Positions 1 to 13,873 of a stretch of DNA of 64,000 nt are shown one piece after another. The notes under the pieces were generated by a model that saw only the letters and a program-made list of their open reading frames with translations, did no database searches and was not told the DNA's origin. Origin of the DNA: Rhizophagus irregularis (taxonomy: Eukaryota). The stretch is from contig NC_089434.1 in NCBI RefSeq assembly GCF_026210795.1, forward strand, positions 3,720,001 to 3,784,000, given 5' to 3'. The position numbers and the translations under genes were made by a program. Position 1 is the stretch's first letter. Each line of letters begins with the position of its first letter.

Positions 1-235
1 GTTGTAATAGTGATTATTATTTAAATGAAAAAGGGTCTGTTTTCAGTATGTTAGAAATAGTGCCAAAAAAGTAAAAGCCAATTTTGCTTGGGAAGAAGTA
101 ATTATTATTAAAAAAATAAATGCAAGAAGAAATTGAAAATGATAAGTATAAAGAAAAAAAATAGAAAAAAAGTACTACTATGTTTAGACTATTTGACTCC
201 TTTGAAGAACTAAGTAAAGTGAAAGAATGGAATGA

Positions 236-403
236 TTCTCTTCTAGAAGAAAATCTTTGATATTTGAACGGAAATTAGAGGATCAAATCGAAGAAATGGA
301 AGAGAAAATTAAAATTCTTGAACAAGGTTTCAAAGTACAATATCAGATCTTCGCTCCACTAAATTAAATCTTGGATGCTGAAATCTCAACATTTAGAATT
401 TAA
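236..403 (+). pseudogene. Frameshifted coiled-coil coding remnant
   Basis: Reads FERKLEDQIEEMEEKIKILEQGFK, then in shifted frames STISDLRSTKLN and LDAEISTFRI*. Heptad-like composition, broken by frameshifts. The 5' part may extend outside the window. Confidence 0.4.
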
Positions 404-3400
404 TACATAACCACGAAATTTTTTCAAACATAATTAGTTTGAATTTTTATGATACCAAAATATATTTTGTTACAGATGTTGTCTCGTATTTGGATTGATT
501 ATGCCTTCACCAAAAAAATTTGTAACCAAGCCCATTAATTTATTTATATACTATAACAATAGATATATTTCTCTTAATTAAAAAAATAATATAAAAAATA
601 AAACAACTAATAATTGAACTACGCATATTTTTTTTTTTACTTTAGTTTATATGATATATGTATATAATATCCCTCATATATTTTATATATGATATATATA
701 ATTTAGAACAATATTTAATTATTTCATACACTAATTAACTCTAGTATACATTTTAAAACTCAAGAAGAGAAAAAGAGAACTATATATTTTAAAAGTTAAA
801 TTTCATTGGAAAAATAATTTCAACTTTCAAAGACACTGGCTGTATATTAGTAATAGTAGTCAACCAACATACACATTTGTTCTGTTGGGAATTGCATACT
901 CTTTATTATCTAATTAATTATATAGACTTTATTGATATCCTTCAAAAAAAATTTTTCAAGATTGGCTTACAAAACAAAGCATAAATAAAGTAATACTGTA
1001 AATACATAGAATATATAAGATGGATTTAGTTTTCATGAGGAAATGTTAAATAGAATTGATGCATAAGTTTTTCAACCTTTTTATTTAATTGAAAAATTAT
1101 AATAGAACAAATAATTAAAAGAAATTTATTAATAAATTTAATATAGTTTAGATAAATAATAGAATTATAGTCAAAATAGCAAACATGAGGAAAGGAAAGA
1201 CATTAAAAATTTAGACCTAAGTGAATGCCACTTGACGATGAAAAAAGTCTTGAGAAGTAGAATATAAAACTTAAAGTTGAAGAAGATTCCATAATAAACT
1301 TTTGGAATTATAGAAACATAAAGTGGCCTTAACTCATTGCAGACTTTGGTGCTCAAACTTTCCCTCAAATATGGAACGAAATTTTTTATAACATCCTCTG
1401 TATCATGGGAGACGATCCTACTGTCCAAAAAGTTGTAGTAATAGTTTAAGATTATGAATCTGATTTATTATATATATTCTTAAAAACTTGATATTTCAAG
1501 TCAGGCATAATTAAGAGTAAAAAATTAGACCAATGTTTTTCCTAAATGAAAAAGTAAATTTAGTAAATAATATATTATCCTAATCCTATGTCCATACCTT
1601 AACTATGGTATTATATTAGTTTAGTTAATCAATAAATTCTTCAACAGCTATTCCTTCATTTAATTGAAAATATAATAGAACCAAATAACTGAAGGAAAAA
1701 TTATTAATATATATATTTTTAATAAATAATATAGTAAAAAATATATATACAATTACAAACCTCAGTAAAGGAAAGAGATTAAAAACAAAGAAATAACCTA
1801 AGATTATAGTTCTAGAAGAATTGGTTATGATAGATATTCTTTTATTTTGACTATAAACTTAAATAATATACAATTATAAATATTATTGTTAAATCATATA
1901 TATTTCTTTATTATTAAGATGTCTTATAACAATATTTTGAGAAGTTTCAATCATTATAGTAATAATAGCAAATATACTCCATATATATAGATTATATACA
2001 TTTATTAATAATAGTACAACCTTTTTATAAGTAATAGAAAAATCAACAAAATTAAAGTTATATTGGATGAATAAACTAGAAACATATTACCTCATGAATA
2101 TTTGGTGGCATTAAAGAATATTTCTCTATTCATGCAGAACATTTCACCAAAAGTATTGAAAGAAACACTTGTCAGGTTTACTATAAGAATTATAATTACC
2201 TGATAAAAAAAAGAATCTTTAATCATATATGGATTTGCAAGAATTATTTTTCTTTAAGGCAAAATAAGAAAATAATAAGAACTGATGGATGAGATTACCT
2301 TGAAAAAAAACGTATGACTGATGAACTGGAAAGAAGGTACCATGCACCAGAATCTTTACTTAAAACTTATATACACAAGACATTTTATTTATACGCATCA
2401 AAAATAACACTTCAGACTTTATAATGGATTCCATTTCCTAATGGAATCTGACTATAATGATTTCTGTTTCATAGTGGAATGATGTTGAATACCACTAAAT
2501 ACCACTATTTTATCTTCCCAATAATAATTATTAATACCAGACAATTTATTTGGCAACTTTGTAGTAACCAGTTGATGATAAATAAGCATTGTACTTGTAT
2601 GTTAAAACTTATTAAGTATGTAGATTTGGGTTAAATTGGTCATGGAATTAGAATATATCTCTTCTAATATCTTTGATAGTTGTTGATAGGGAAACCATAT
2701 CCAAATCCTAACTCTAATCCTAGTCCTAAATATGATACTATAGTGTTAGGAAATCAATCAATAATAAAGAAAGCAAATGATCCTTTTATACAAGTTCTTC
2801 AACAGCTTTCCCAAAAAATTGTAATAGAAGTAAGAAATTAAGATATCCAATTTAATAATGAAATAATAGAATTTATACTTAAAATTTCATCTAGATCACA
2901 TATTCTTTATATCCTTGCTAAATTATTATATATTTAACTTATTCAAATTGAAATATGTGGACTTTTATTAAAAAGCATTTAATAAGAATTGCATTATAAT
3001 TAAAGCTTTTACATCTGAAGTTCAGGGTGACAATGGAATAATGCAAAACAAATATTTGTTTAGTAAAATATGTTAGTTTAATATAAAGAAACTATTTTTT
3101 ATGATTTATTAAATCTAGATAATGGTTTAAAATATAAGTTAGATTAAATAAAATTGCAACTAGCAAGAAAAGGTTTTTATCAGTTATAGCTGCAGTTTTT
3201 GTTGTGTAAAGTTATGTATTAATAATACAAGAAACTGTTTTTCATTATTTTATACTATTGAAAATATAGAATTGAAAATTTAATAGAAGCAGTTTAAATG
3301 AGATATATATAGATTATCTTACTACCTTTTTACCATTTATTAATAATAGTTACAAACTTTTATAAGTAATGGAAAAACTGACAAAATTAAATTAAAACAA

Positions 3401-4439
3401 AAAGTAACAATAATAGAAAGAAATATAAATTTAAAAAATTATATAATTTAGAAAAAAGATTAATGGTTGATGTTAAAAGTTATATTGGGTGAATAAACTA
3501 TTGTGATTATATTGTTTGACTATAAGGATTTGATGAGAATTTTTGGATTTAGGGCAAAATAAGAAAACAAAAAGAACTGATGAATAAGATTATTTAATCT
3601 GTAAGAAATAACAGTTTATCAAATTCATATTGAAGAAAAATATATGTTCAATTAATAGCACAAAAGAATAGATCAAATAATATTCCAATTCTTATAAGAA
3701 GAAATAAATGGGTGCATTATAGTTGAATGCTTGCTTACATCTCAAATACCATCCATATGGAAACAAAAAACCATATATCCATACTAAAACTGATCAACCT
3801 CGATTACAGCAATCACCAACATTTAAAAGTTTGGCAGATTATTTCAAGAAGTAATTATGTCAGAAATAGAAGTTAATCAAATTCCAAAAATGCTTTTCAA
3901 TATACATTTGATGGATTTGTACAATTATTTTCAGAATTATGAAAGATACAAAATTTGTTAAAAGCAAAAAGAAAAAAATGATTCAGAAAAGTCTATAGGT
4001 TTTTATATTAAAAACCAACATTTGAATAAAATTTTTGGAATTTACACATGATCTATTGTCACAGGAAATACGAATACTCAAGCGTTGATTATTAGACAAA
4101 ATGAAAAGATTGCTGGTCTTGAGGAAGGAATATGTAGCATTCTGGAATATAATATGTGTTTAGAGAAAAATAAAGATCATGCTGAAGAGGTTTATACAGA
4201 AGCAAAAAAAGTTCTTTTCAAGAAATGTAACATTATTTTAAATGATGAGGATGTCACTGATTTCTTTAGAATTTTAATTCTCCATGTTTCATTGCATTGA
4301 AAATTATCATGATGATGCAGATCAATTACAAATGAAATGATTACCTGGTCATGTTTGCTGAAAACTAATACAAGAATGATCAATTCAGCTTCAATTAATC
4401 CTAATCAAGCAAATCATATTGTTTTATTCTTTTACTAAA

Positions 4440-5440
4440 AATAAAAATGTGGTAATGTGAATTATCAATGAATTGTAAGAAAATCCTGATATGAAATTTT
4501 TTTTTAAGAAATTAATGCCTTGATTTAAAATTCATTTATGTTATTTGTTATCTACCTTAAAAGGAATACATGAAAATGACAAAAAAAGGCCTTTAAATGC
4601 TTAAAAAGATTTAATAGATTTTATTTTAGATAGAGAATATCACAAATTATCTTATTTAATTGAAAAATTTTAAAACAAATTATCAATTGTTAATTATATG
4701 GTTACTACTCCAAATCATTTTTTGTAAAGCTACTACTTAAGAAAAGTATACACAGCAAATGGTATTGATTTATCAGCACTCAACAGTTATAATAGATAAT
4801 GCATCAAATATAAAACTGCATGGAAAGTTCTTCAAAGAAAATATCCACATAAAACTTCTCTAGGTATTGAACTCATACAATTCTTATGGATTAAAGTTAT
4901 ACTTAAAAAAAAACAAATGTATTTCTTTAGGGAAGTACATTTTTATTTTTTTTATTATTCTATTATTAACAAAATCTGTTATTCAATCTGAAGATAATAT
5001 TGGATTTATATCAACAATTATTACTGGTGATTTTGAATCTTTCATCAACTTTTTACAACAGTTACAAAATAATACATCTGATTTGCCAACAGTTTATTTA
5101 AATTAAAAAATCTTGAAGATTTTGTTATAACAAATGATAATTTATTTAACAGTTAGATCTAATGAAAAGATCATTGGTTAAGTTTTATATAATCCAGTTA
5201 TTGTGTTAACTTACACATTAGATTTTCAGTATAGAGTAGAAATACAATGGAATTCAGTTATCAAAGATGGATTAATTCATTGTTCCTATTGAATCAAAGT
5301 AAAGTATTAGAAGAATATGTAGAATATTTAAAAACACTTGGTCATTTTTCTCATGCTGTATTTACAGGAATCAAATTTAGTAAAAAATGCAATTAATTTG
5401 TGGTATCTTGTTAAAGGTTGTTATCTTATGAAAGGTTTTA
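4440..5440 (+). pseudogene. Decayed hAT-superfamily transposase (DUF659-like and C-terminal regions)
   Basis: Fragments across frameshifts and stops: DNASNIK/AWKVLQRKYPHKTSLG (~4795-4865), resembling the hAT 'TDNAxNMxxAW...YP' block. YNPVIVLTYTLDFQY (~5190-5230) resembles 'AxxLDPRY'. The region is CpG-poor. Confidence 0.6.
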
Positions 5441-5640
5441 CCAATTGAAGGAATGAAGAGCTAAAAGATGTTACAGTTAAACTATCTCTTAGGAATAATA
5501 AACTAATTAAGGAAAATTAGTTAGAAGAGAAGATTGATCCATTGGAGAAGGCTAAAAGCATGTGATACTTAGTGAAGTTGCTTTATAAATTCCATAAAAG
5601 AGCATTAACTCCTTTATTTGCCATTCAGGTGTTTTTCTGA

Positions 5641-8370
5641 CATTCAAATTACTATTAAAAGCAAAATTATCATCCTAAGACTTCTGTAAAACTAGAAAAA
5701 TGAATATTGTTTCAGATTGATAAAATGAAAAATAGCAAAGTGGTTTCTTTTTCTCTGAAGAGCTAAGATTTGCTATGAACAATGGCTATTCCTTACTCTC
5801 CATTAAACAAGCTTATCTATAACAAAGCATATTTGGAGAAATAGGCTTAATTGATAAGAGTTGAAAAATTTGGTGGAATTTAAAATTATTTGAGAATTAG
5901 AGTTGAATTAAATGAATTTTAGAATTAGAAAATATTAACCGAAATAATAATGAGGAATGTAATGCAGATGATGATATTTTTCTCTTTGTTTGATATTAAT
6001 GAATATAATGATTAATGGTGAAAATGTATACATTCAAATTATTACTATTAAAAGCAAAATTATCTTTCTAAGACATTCTGTGAAACTATATGAAAAATGA
6101 ATAAAAGTTCAGATTGATAAATAGCAATGTAGTTTCATTTTCTCTGAAGAGCTAAGATTTACCCTGAATAATGGCTATTCCTTACTCTCAATTAAACAAC
6201 ATCTCCAATTTCAAAAAATTGAAGCACATTTGGAGAAATAGACTTGATAAGAGTTGGAAAAATTAGCGGAGTTTAAAATTATTTGAGAAATTTTGAGTTG
6301 AATAAAGAAACCATAATTTGCTATATACACCAAGACAAAGTATGTATATGTTTGCATCGTTTTCATATTAACCTATCCTAATATCTCACTCTTTTATAGG
6401 AGGCATTGGTGGAACTATGATCTTGGCAACTGAAGGAATTAAACTAAATGAATTAGAAACTATAATTAGAAAATATTAACCAAAATAATGAGGAATGTAA
6501 TTTGGATGATGATCCTTTTTTCTTTATTTGATATTAATTAATATAATGATTAATAGTGAAAAAGTATACATTCAAATTATTACTATTAAAAGCAAAATTA
6601 TCTTTCCAAGACGTTCTGTGAAACTATATGAAAAATGAATAAAAGTTCAGATTGATAAATAGCAATGTGGTTTCATTTTCTCTGAAAAGCTAAGATTTAC
6701 CCTGAACAATGACTATTCCTTACTCTCAATTAAACAACATCTCCAATTTCAAAAAATTGAAGCACATTTGGAGAAATAGACTTGATAAGAGTTGAAAAAA
6801 TTAGTGGAGTTTAAAATTATTTGAGAGATTTTGAGTTGAATAAAGAAACCATAATTTGCTATATACACCAAGACAAAGTATGTATATGTTTGCATCGTTT
6901 TCATATTAACCTATCCTAATATCTCACTCTTTTATAGGAGACATTGGTGGAACTATGATCTTGGCAACTGAAGGAATTAAACTAAATGAATTAGAAATAT
7001 AATTAGAAAATATTAACCAAAATAATGAGGAATGTAATTTGGATGATGATCCTTTTTTCTTTATTTGATATTAATGAATATAATGATTAATGGTGAAAAA
7101 GTATACATTCAAATTATTACTATTAAAAGCAAAATTATCTTTCTAAGATGTTCTGTGAAACTATATGAAAAATGAATAAAAGTTCAGATTGATAAATAGC
7201 AATGTGGTTTCATTTTCTCTGAAGAGCTAAGATTTACCATGAACAATGGCTATTCCTTACTCTCAATTAAACAACATCTCCAATTTCAAAAAATTGAAGC
7301 ACATTTGGAGAAATAGACTTGATAAGAGTTGGAAAAATTAGTGGAGTTTAAAATTATTTGAGGAATTTTGAGTTGAATAAAGAAGCCATAATTTGTTATA
7401 TACACCAAGACAAAGTATGTATATGTTTGCATCATTTTCATATTAACCTATCCTAATATCTCACTCTTTTATAGGAGGCATTGGTGGAACTATGATCTTG
7501 GCAACTGAAGGAATTAAACTAAATGAATTAGAAATTATAATTAGAAAATATTAACCAAAATAATGAGGAATGTAATTTGAATGATGATCCTTTTTTCTTT
7601 ATTTGATATTAATGAATATAATACGCATTTTCTGATTTCTGGGAATTAAATCATTTATTTTCTGGTAATTCTAAAAGGGATTTTGGACGATTAGACTTTG
7701 CTGCGATTTTTATTACAGAAAGCAACTCCCCATTTGTATGATTAATGATTGTATTAATATTGATGATTTATATAAGTATAGTGAAAAAGTATACATTCAA
7801 ATTACTATTAAAAGCAAAATTATCTTCCCAAGACTTTCTGTGAAACTATATGAAAAATGAATAAAAATTCAGATTGATAAAATAAAAATAGCAATGTGGT
7901 TTCTTTTTCTCTGAAGAGCTAAGATTTACCCTGAACAATGGCTATTCCTTACTCTCAATTAAACAACACCTCCAACTTCAAAAATTGAAGCACATTTGGA
8001 GAAATAGATTTGATAAGAGTTGAAAAAATTAGAGGAGTTTAAAATTATCTGAGAGATTTTGAGTTAAATTAAATTAAATGAATTAGAATTAGAAAATATT
8101 AACCCAATAATAATGATAAAATTACATCCCATACACAATCCACTAAACTATGGTTTTATAATAGAAATAATGAATGTACTGAGCAAATTAATAGATCAAA
8201 CAGAAGTGTAGAAGCTGGACGTAGTAATAAATTAAATGAACTAGAATTAAAAATATTAACAAAAATAATAATGAGGAATTTAATTTAGATGATTATTTTT
8301 TTTCTTTATTTGATATTAATGAATATAATGAATGATTGTATTAATATTGATGATTTATATAAATATAATA
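5641..8370 (+). repeat. Tandem array of about 5 units (core ~538 bp) derived from a coding exon-intron-exon fragment
   Basis: Anchor cattcaaatta(tta)ctattaaaagcaaaatt recurs at ~5641, 6031, 6569, 7106 and 7794. Units 2-4 are nearly identical and each contains a 60-nt GTATGT...TATAG intron (e.g. 6340-6399). Confidence 0.9.
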
Positions 8371-11300
8371 AAAAGTATTGTTTGTCAAACTTCTTTTTAG
8401 TATACCGATGTCTTAAAATTTGTTGATAACTAACCTGGTAACAATTACTGATTTACAACCCTGCATAAAATAGATTGACTGATTCTCCAAACATACTAAC
8501 TTTCAAGCAATATATGTTAATGTAAAATTGGAAATAATAATATTTAACCATTAGTCAATTGCTATTACCATACTTGGATGGATACAAATGCCAATTTCTT
8601 TCTCCTATCAGTAAACATGCCAAAATTTCTTGTAAGTCTAAACATACATAATAAATCTTTAGATATACGGTATTAGGTAATCCAATGATTAGTTACCGCA
8701 CATTTAGCATGTTCGCCACAGAAAAAAAACAAAAGAAAAAAAAATTTATGCTACGAGGATTGAAGGAACTGGAAAGTATGTAAATAAATTAATACTTATA
8801 TTTAGTATTAATAAAATTTCTTTTTGTTCCATTTTTTACTGATAATAATATAAACTGTAAATGAAGTCTATTGTAGTACTGATTACTGAACAATTTCTAT
8901 AATTAAACTATTCTAACATATTCATTAAGACTTAATTTATTTCACTATTAAATATGAAACAGTTGTGCCACCATAATTTCTATGTTTTTACAGAAACTTT
9001 AAAATTTTGGGTGATATTGAATATGATATAATATATTGTGTATATTGATATCGATTCAGTATTTTTTTTTTTTTTTTTTTGAAAATATTATTGCAACATA
9101 ATTATAATATTGTTATGATATCACTCATATCAATATATAGGAGATATTCTGTTGTGTAAGTGAAATATACTCTGAAAAATTATAAATATAAAAAGAGTTC
9201 ATATTATAATAATTATTTGGAAAAAATTTTTCGTTGTGCAGACATGCATAATGAATCTAAGTGAATTTACTTATTTTTTTACATTAATAGAATTTTCAAC
9301 ATTAAGAAAGATTCATTTTACGAATAACATGGATCATTTAATAAATTTATATGATTATCTCAATCAGCACAGGAGTTAATTCCTAAACTGGTCGGTATTC
9401 CACCTGACTTATTGGAAATTATTTGTTAACTATGATTTATTTGTGATTTTGTTACTTTAGGCTTGCTATTCCAAATTTAATCATGTTTAATATGCCTCAA
9501 AGAAAGCTGATATAGGATTCTTTAAATTATTAAATATCATATGATTAAATTGATTAAATAGTGCAAATAAATTTGTAGCATATTTTGCCATTTTCCTTGT
9601 AGATGTCAAGAAGGAATTTATATTTCTCTCGTATTATATTTATGGGAAATATATATCTCATCTTCCCGTATTGATGTTATAATTTCGCATTCTGTAACAA
9701 AAAATGTTATACAAACTTTTTAAAAAATATCTACTATGTGTATTTTCCCCTGCTCTGTAAGTATCAAAGATGGTTTTGAATGTCATTTTTTTGACTTAAT
9801 TTGACAAACCTTTTTTTTTCGGGTTTTTTCGTTAAATCACGTGACGGTTTTAATTCTGGCCAGAATTAAATGATCCGCATATAAATATTAACAATGGCGA
9901 GGATTTAAACATCACACACGAGGGCGAGATCTAAATTTACCCTTATATTTATTAAATTTTTCTTTGTTATCTGACATCATATCGATTGTATAATTGTTTA
10001 AAAGAATATTAGATCAAAATAATGAAATTTACACTTTTAAATATCATAGTATTCGAGGATGAAAATGATTAATATCGAGAAACTGTTATTCGTAATACTA
10101 TTTTCACATTCTTTTTTTTTGAAAATTCTACTAATTTAATAGTTATGTCATTTAAAAGCAGTTGACTTAGAAAAAACAATTTTTATATTTTTATATTTTT
10201 CTAGAAAATTAGTTTGTAATTGCACATAGACTTATTTATATTATACCACAATAAAATTTCATTTTTAAGATCCGTGTTTTGCAATCAAAAAGGATTCTAT
10301 GTAGGATGTTAATTCCTGAAAATCAAGTTTATTAGTAGCAACCAATAACCATGAAATTTGCTGTAACTAGGAATGGCTTAATCGGTTATAATTTATAACT
10401 GACTCAAAGTTTCAAATTTTTTTTGGAATTTCCTTCTCATCCTTTTTATTGTTAAAATTATCATAAAAAATAATTATAAAATTCAGTAACCATCATTTTA
10501 CTTAGGGGGAAGAAGATGTAATATTTTAGATATTATTATAAAATAATGGAACACTTGTAATAAACTAGTCGTTAAACCACGTGCTTATTTGTTGACAACC
10601 GCATCAATTTTGCTATGTAGAATAAAAAAGTTTTTTCTCATTATGTAACTTTATTATTATTATTTTTTATTTGTCAAAACCCGATCTTAGGTTAATATTA
10701 TTTGACTTAAATCTAATCATACAACGATTACAACGTATGCACGTTATAACATCTAATCTAATTTAACGTCCTTACGTCATATAGTGAAAGTCTGAAAAAT
10801 TGAATCATGTAAATTATATGTTTAAACCTACAAGGGTGAGACTTGAGAGTAGACCTCGATGACAAGACGATACAAAAAAAGTTGACAAAATCACCCATTC
10901 TGTTTTTTTTTGATTTGGAGTAGCTTTATTGATTGAATAATTATATCAATTTTTTGTGTGAGAAAGTATTAACGGTAAATATTACACACGATTTAACATT
11001 GAAAAATACTATTATCATTTATAAAAGGATAAAAGTTTTATGCGAACGGGAAAAGGAGAATTTGCTATTTTTATATTTTTGTCAGCTGCCGGCTGGCCTA
11101 GTAATGCTGGCCAACCACTTAAGGCATTATAGTATCGGGCAGATAACGAAGGAGAATAAAAAAAAAGGAAATTTTTTTATAAACAATAGACGATAATAAA
11201 AAAAATAATAAATCTGCGAAGCATAGTAATTAATAATTGACGCTGCAAAAAAAAAAGTTTTTAATCTTAAATTATATCTTGGTAATTGGTTGGGCCATCG

Positions 11301-11415
11301 AGTGTAGAACATTTGTTTAAATAACATATGCCTGCAATTTATTATAAGTTTATTATTCAGATACTTTCTATTGTTTAAATTAACAATATATTTTCTAAAC
11401 TATTACCATACTTTA

Positions 11416-12507
11416 CTACACATTAATAGGAGGCTCGCTAGACTCATTTTCCTCGCTGTCTGTATGTACTATATGTATAACCTTATATATACGATATATC
11501 ATACCTACAAGTAATTTTATTGAACTTGTAACGAGTAATAAGAATGGTACTAATTTAATTTCCCCCGTTTTTAATTTATATATAATCTAATGATCAAAAT
11601 CAAATATGTACATATATTCGTTAATTTTTTATTAAAAAATTTTTTAAAAATTTTTTGAACGCACCTGAATAGCGAATTGGGGTAAATCTTCCACAAATGA
11701 ACCAACAAGACAACCATATAATATTAATTCCTTAGATTTTTCACTAAAAGGTGCATTAAATCTCCTGAGTCCGAATCCAGAAAAATTTGAAGTAAGTAGA
11801 TTTAACATAGTCATATCTGCACCCGCAAGTACTGTTGTAATTGCTGTTGTTCCTGTATTTCTATTAATCCAATTTCTAAAGTTAGTTCCGTCAGGTCCTT
11901 CTTTACTTACATTGCGAATTATGATTACGACCGAAAATACAATATTTATAAAGATTGGACCTATTAAAAATACTAAACTGCAGAAGAATAAAAAAGATAA
12001 TAAGCTGGAATGATTATTTTGATTTACATAAAACACATAGAAAATACAGAATCGAACTACCTTGGTAGGAAAAGTTGTTCAACTTCTTTTTCGTGTCTTA
12101 ATATAAGTTTTACAAACAATATGTCGAGGATAAAGTCTACTAAAATACACGGTATCGTAAATATAATAAAATTATTTGGTTCGTAATTGTCTTGAGAACC
12201 CTACATCGTGTTTGAAAATTTTTAATTATAATTATTTATTTACAGTATAATATTAAAATTAACTTAATATCTCCTAGAATTAATTACCTTACGAAGACAA
12301 CACTTCGCAATACAAGAAAAAAAATGAGCAATTATCCAACAAATAACGAGAAATCCAACGAAAGCGATAATATAGATGGCACCAACTATTAAACCAATAA
12401 AAAAAGGTTAGGTTGCAAAGTTTAAATTAATTAATTTATAAATTAAAACAAAACTTACGTGTTAATATTTGGTCACTTTTGTTCTCCTTCCTTGATAAAT
12501 CAAACAT
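11416..12507 (-). CDS. Multi-pass membrane protein, 5 exons, ~265 aa (hypothetical)
   Basis: Exons 12507-12459, 12385-12288, 12200-12061, 12004-11665 and 11586-11416 join via GT-AG introns into one 798-nt frame: MFDLSRKENKSDQILTLGAIYII...VDFILDILFV...LAGADMTMLNLLTS...FVEDLPQFAIQIIY...PPINV*. Several hydrophobic helices. Confidence 0.85.
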
Positions 12508-12679
12508 TTTATTTATGAAAAGAGATTTTTTTCAAGAAAAAAAAAGAAAATGTGGGAAACTAACTAAATCTCACCGCAAGTGATTCTCACCTAACCAGCA
12601 CTAGCGGGCATAATAAGGTCAGTTGCAATGAATGTCCAAAAATGAATTTATTGTTATTATTATAATTCACCTGCAAGTT

Positions 12680-12757
12680 TACAATGAAACTAAAATTACA
12701 ATGAAATTAAAATTACAATGAAACTAAAATTACAATGAAATTAAAATTACAATGAAG
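12680..12757. repeat. 17-bp minisatellite, about 4.5 copies (tacaatgaaa[c/t]taaaat)
   Basis: Directly visible tandem copies upstream of the membrane-protein gene. Confidence 0.9.
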
Positions 12758-13106
12758 CCAAAAATATCAAATAGAATAACAAAATGAAAAATATGCATGT
12801 GTCTATCGCTTAAAAAAAAAAATTTTTTATTATGTAACTGAGAGAGTAAAAAAAAAATTATTTGAACAATCATTAAAGGTTAGGTTAATAATAAAGTAAA
12901 AAAAATGTATTCCAGATATCTATAATAATTATCCGATTATATTCGGTTAAATTCAGATTCGGACCGAAGCAACATTCTCGTATTATTCTTTCTCTCTCTT
13001 TTCCTGGCAAATATTTTTAAGAACTTTAATGAATATATTTGGACATACAATTGATTAGTGACTTACACGTGTTTTATTTGTACATTTACTACATTTACGG
13101 TAGAAA

Positions 13107-13305
13107 CAGGACCCAGAAATATATAAGCTGTACGCATTTTTTCAGGGCCGGAATTATGATAATGCCAGTCGGTTACTATAATAAGAAATAAAATTCTGAC
13201 TGGCATTATCAAAAATTATCTAAAAAAGGAAAGATTTTCATGATTTTTTTAGTTCAAAATACGCAAACTCAAACCTGACCCTTTTATATATATTTCTGGG
13301 TCCTG
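13107..13305. mobile_element. MITE, 199 bp, TIR CAGGACCCAGAAATATATA, 6-bp TSD TAGAAA
   Basis: Perfect TIRs, with tagaaa at 13101-13106 and 13306-13311. Internal inverted repeat gataatgccagtc/gactggcattatc. Confidence 0.85.
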
Positions 13306-13315
13306 TAGAAACATA

Positions 13316-13873
13316 TTAATTGCCGCCTAAGATCGGCACTGCGTTAATAGCAATAATAAAAAAAAGTATTTTTTACATCTCGCGCGCGGAATAAGTTTCC
13401 ACCCATTTCACAAACAGATGAGAAAAAAATAAAATAAAATAAAAATGTAAAAAAAAATGGCTGGCAAGCATGACTTGCCATAACTATATTTCTGTAACGG
13501 GTTTTCTTCAACTTTCACTTGTTTTTGATAATAAAAATATTTCTAATATGTCTTTAAAAACAACTTTAAAAGCTAAAAATCATATGTTTTTAATGTAAAT
13601 AACACAATATAGTAAAATGAAATATTGAAATTTCGTATATTTTAAGGTGTAAATCTGACGCGCGTACATAGTAAACTCATTATTTGCGTATGAATGTATA
13701 ATTTTTTTTTGCAAATTCTTTTTTTTTCGGGTATTTTTTCAGTATATCATATGACTTTTATTTATAGTCAATATGTCGTCTATGAGATATCCTTTTTTGA
13801 AGTTTTAACACAAAATCGGCAAACCGAATTTTATTAGTAGCGCAGTGTCGATTTTTGGCGGACCGGCAATTAA
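13316..13873. mobile_element. Non-autonomous TIR element with TTAATTGCCG...CGGCAATTAA ends
   Basis: Imperfect TIRs of ~40 bp (tcggcactgcgttaa / tagcgcagtgtcga). Same terminal motif as the element at 35092-35692. Confidence 0.7.

Noticed and set aside
11081..11102. Hairpin plus CTAG resembling a Helitron 3' end
   Set aside because: There is no spacer between the hairpin and CTAG, and no 5' end or Rep/helicase trace.
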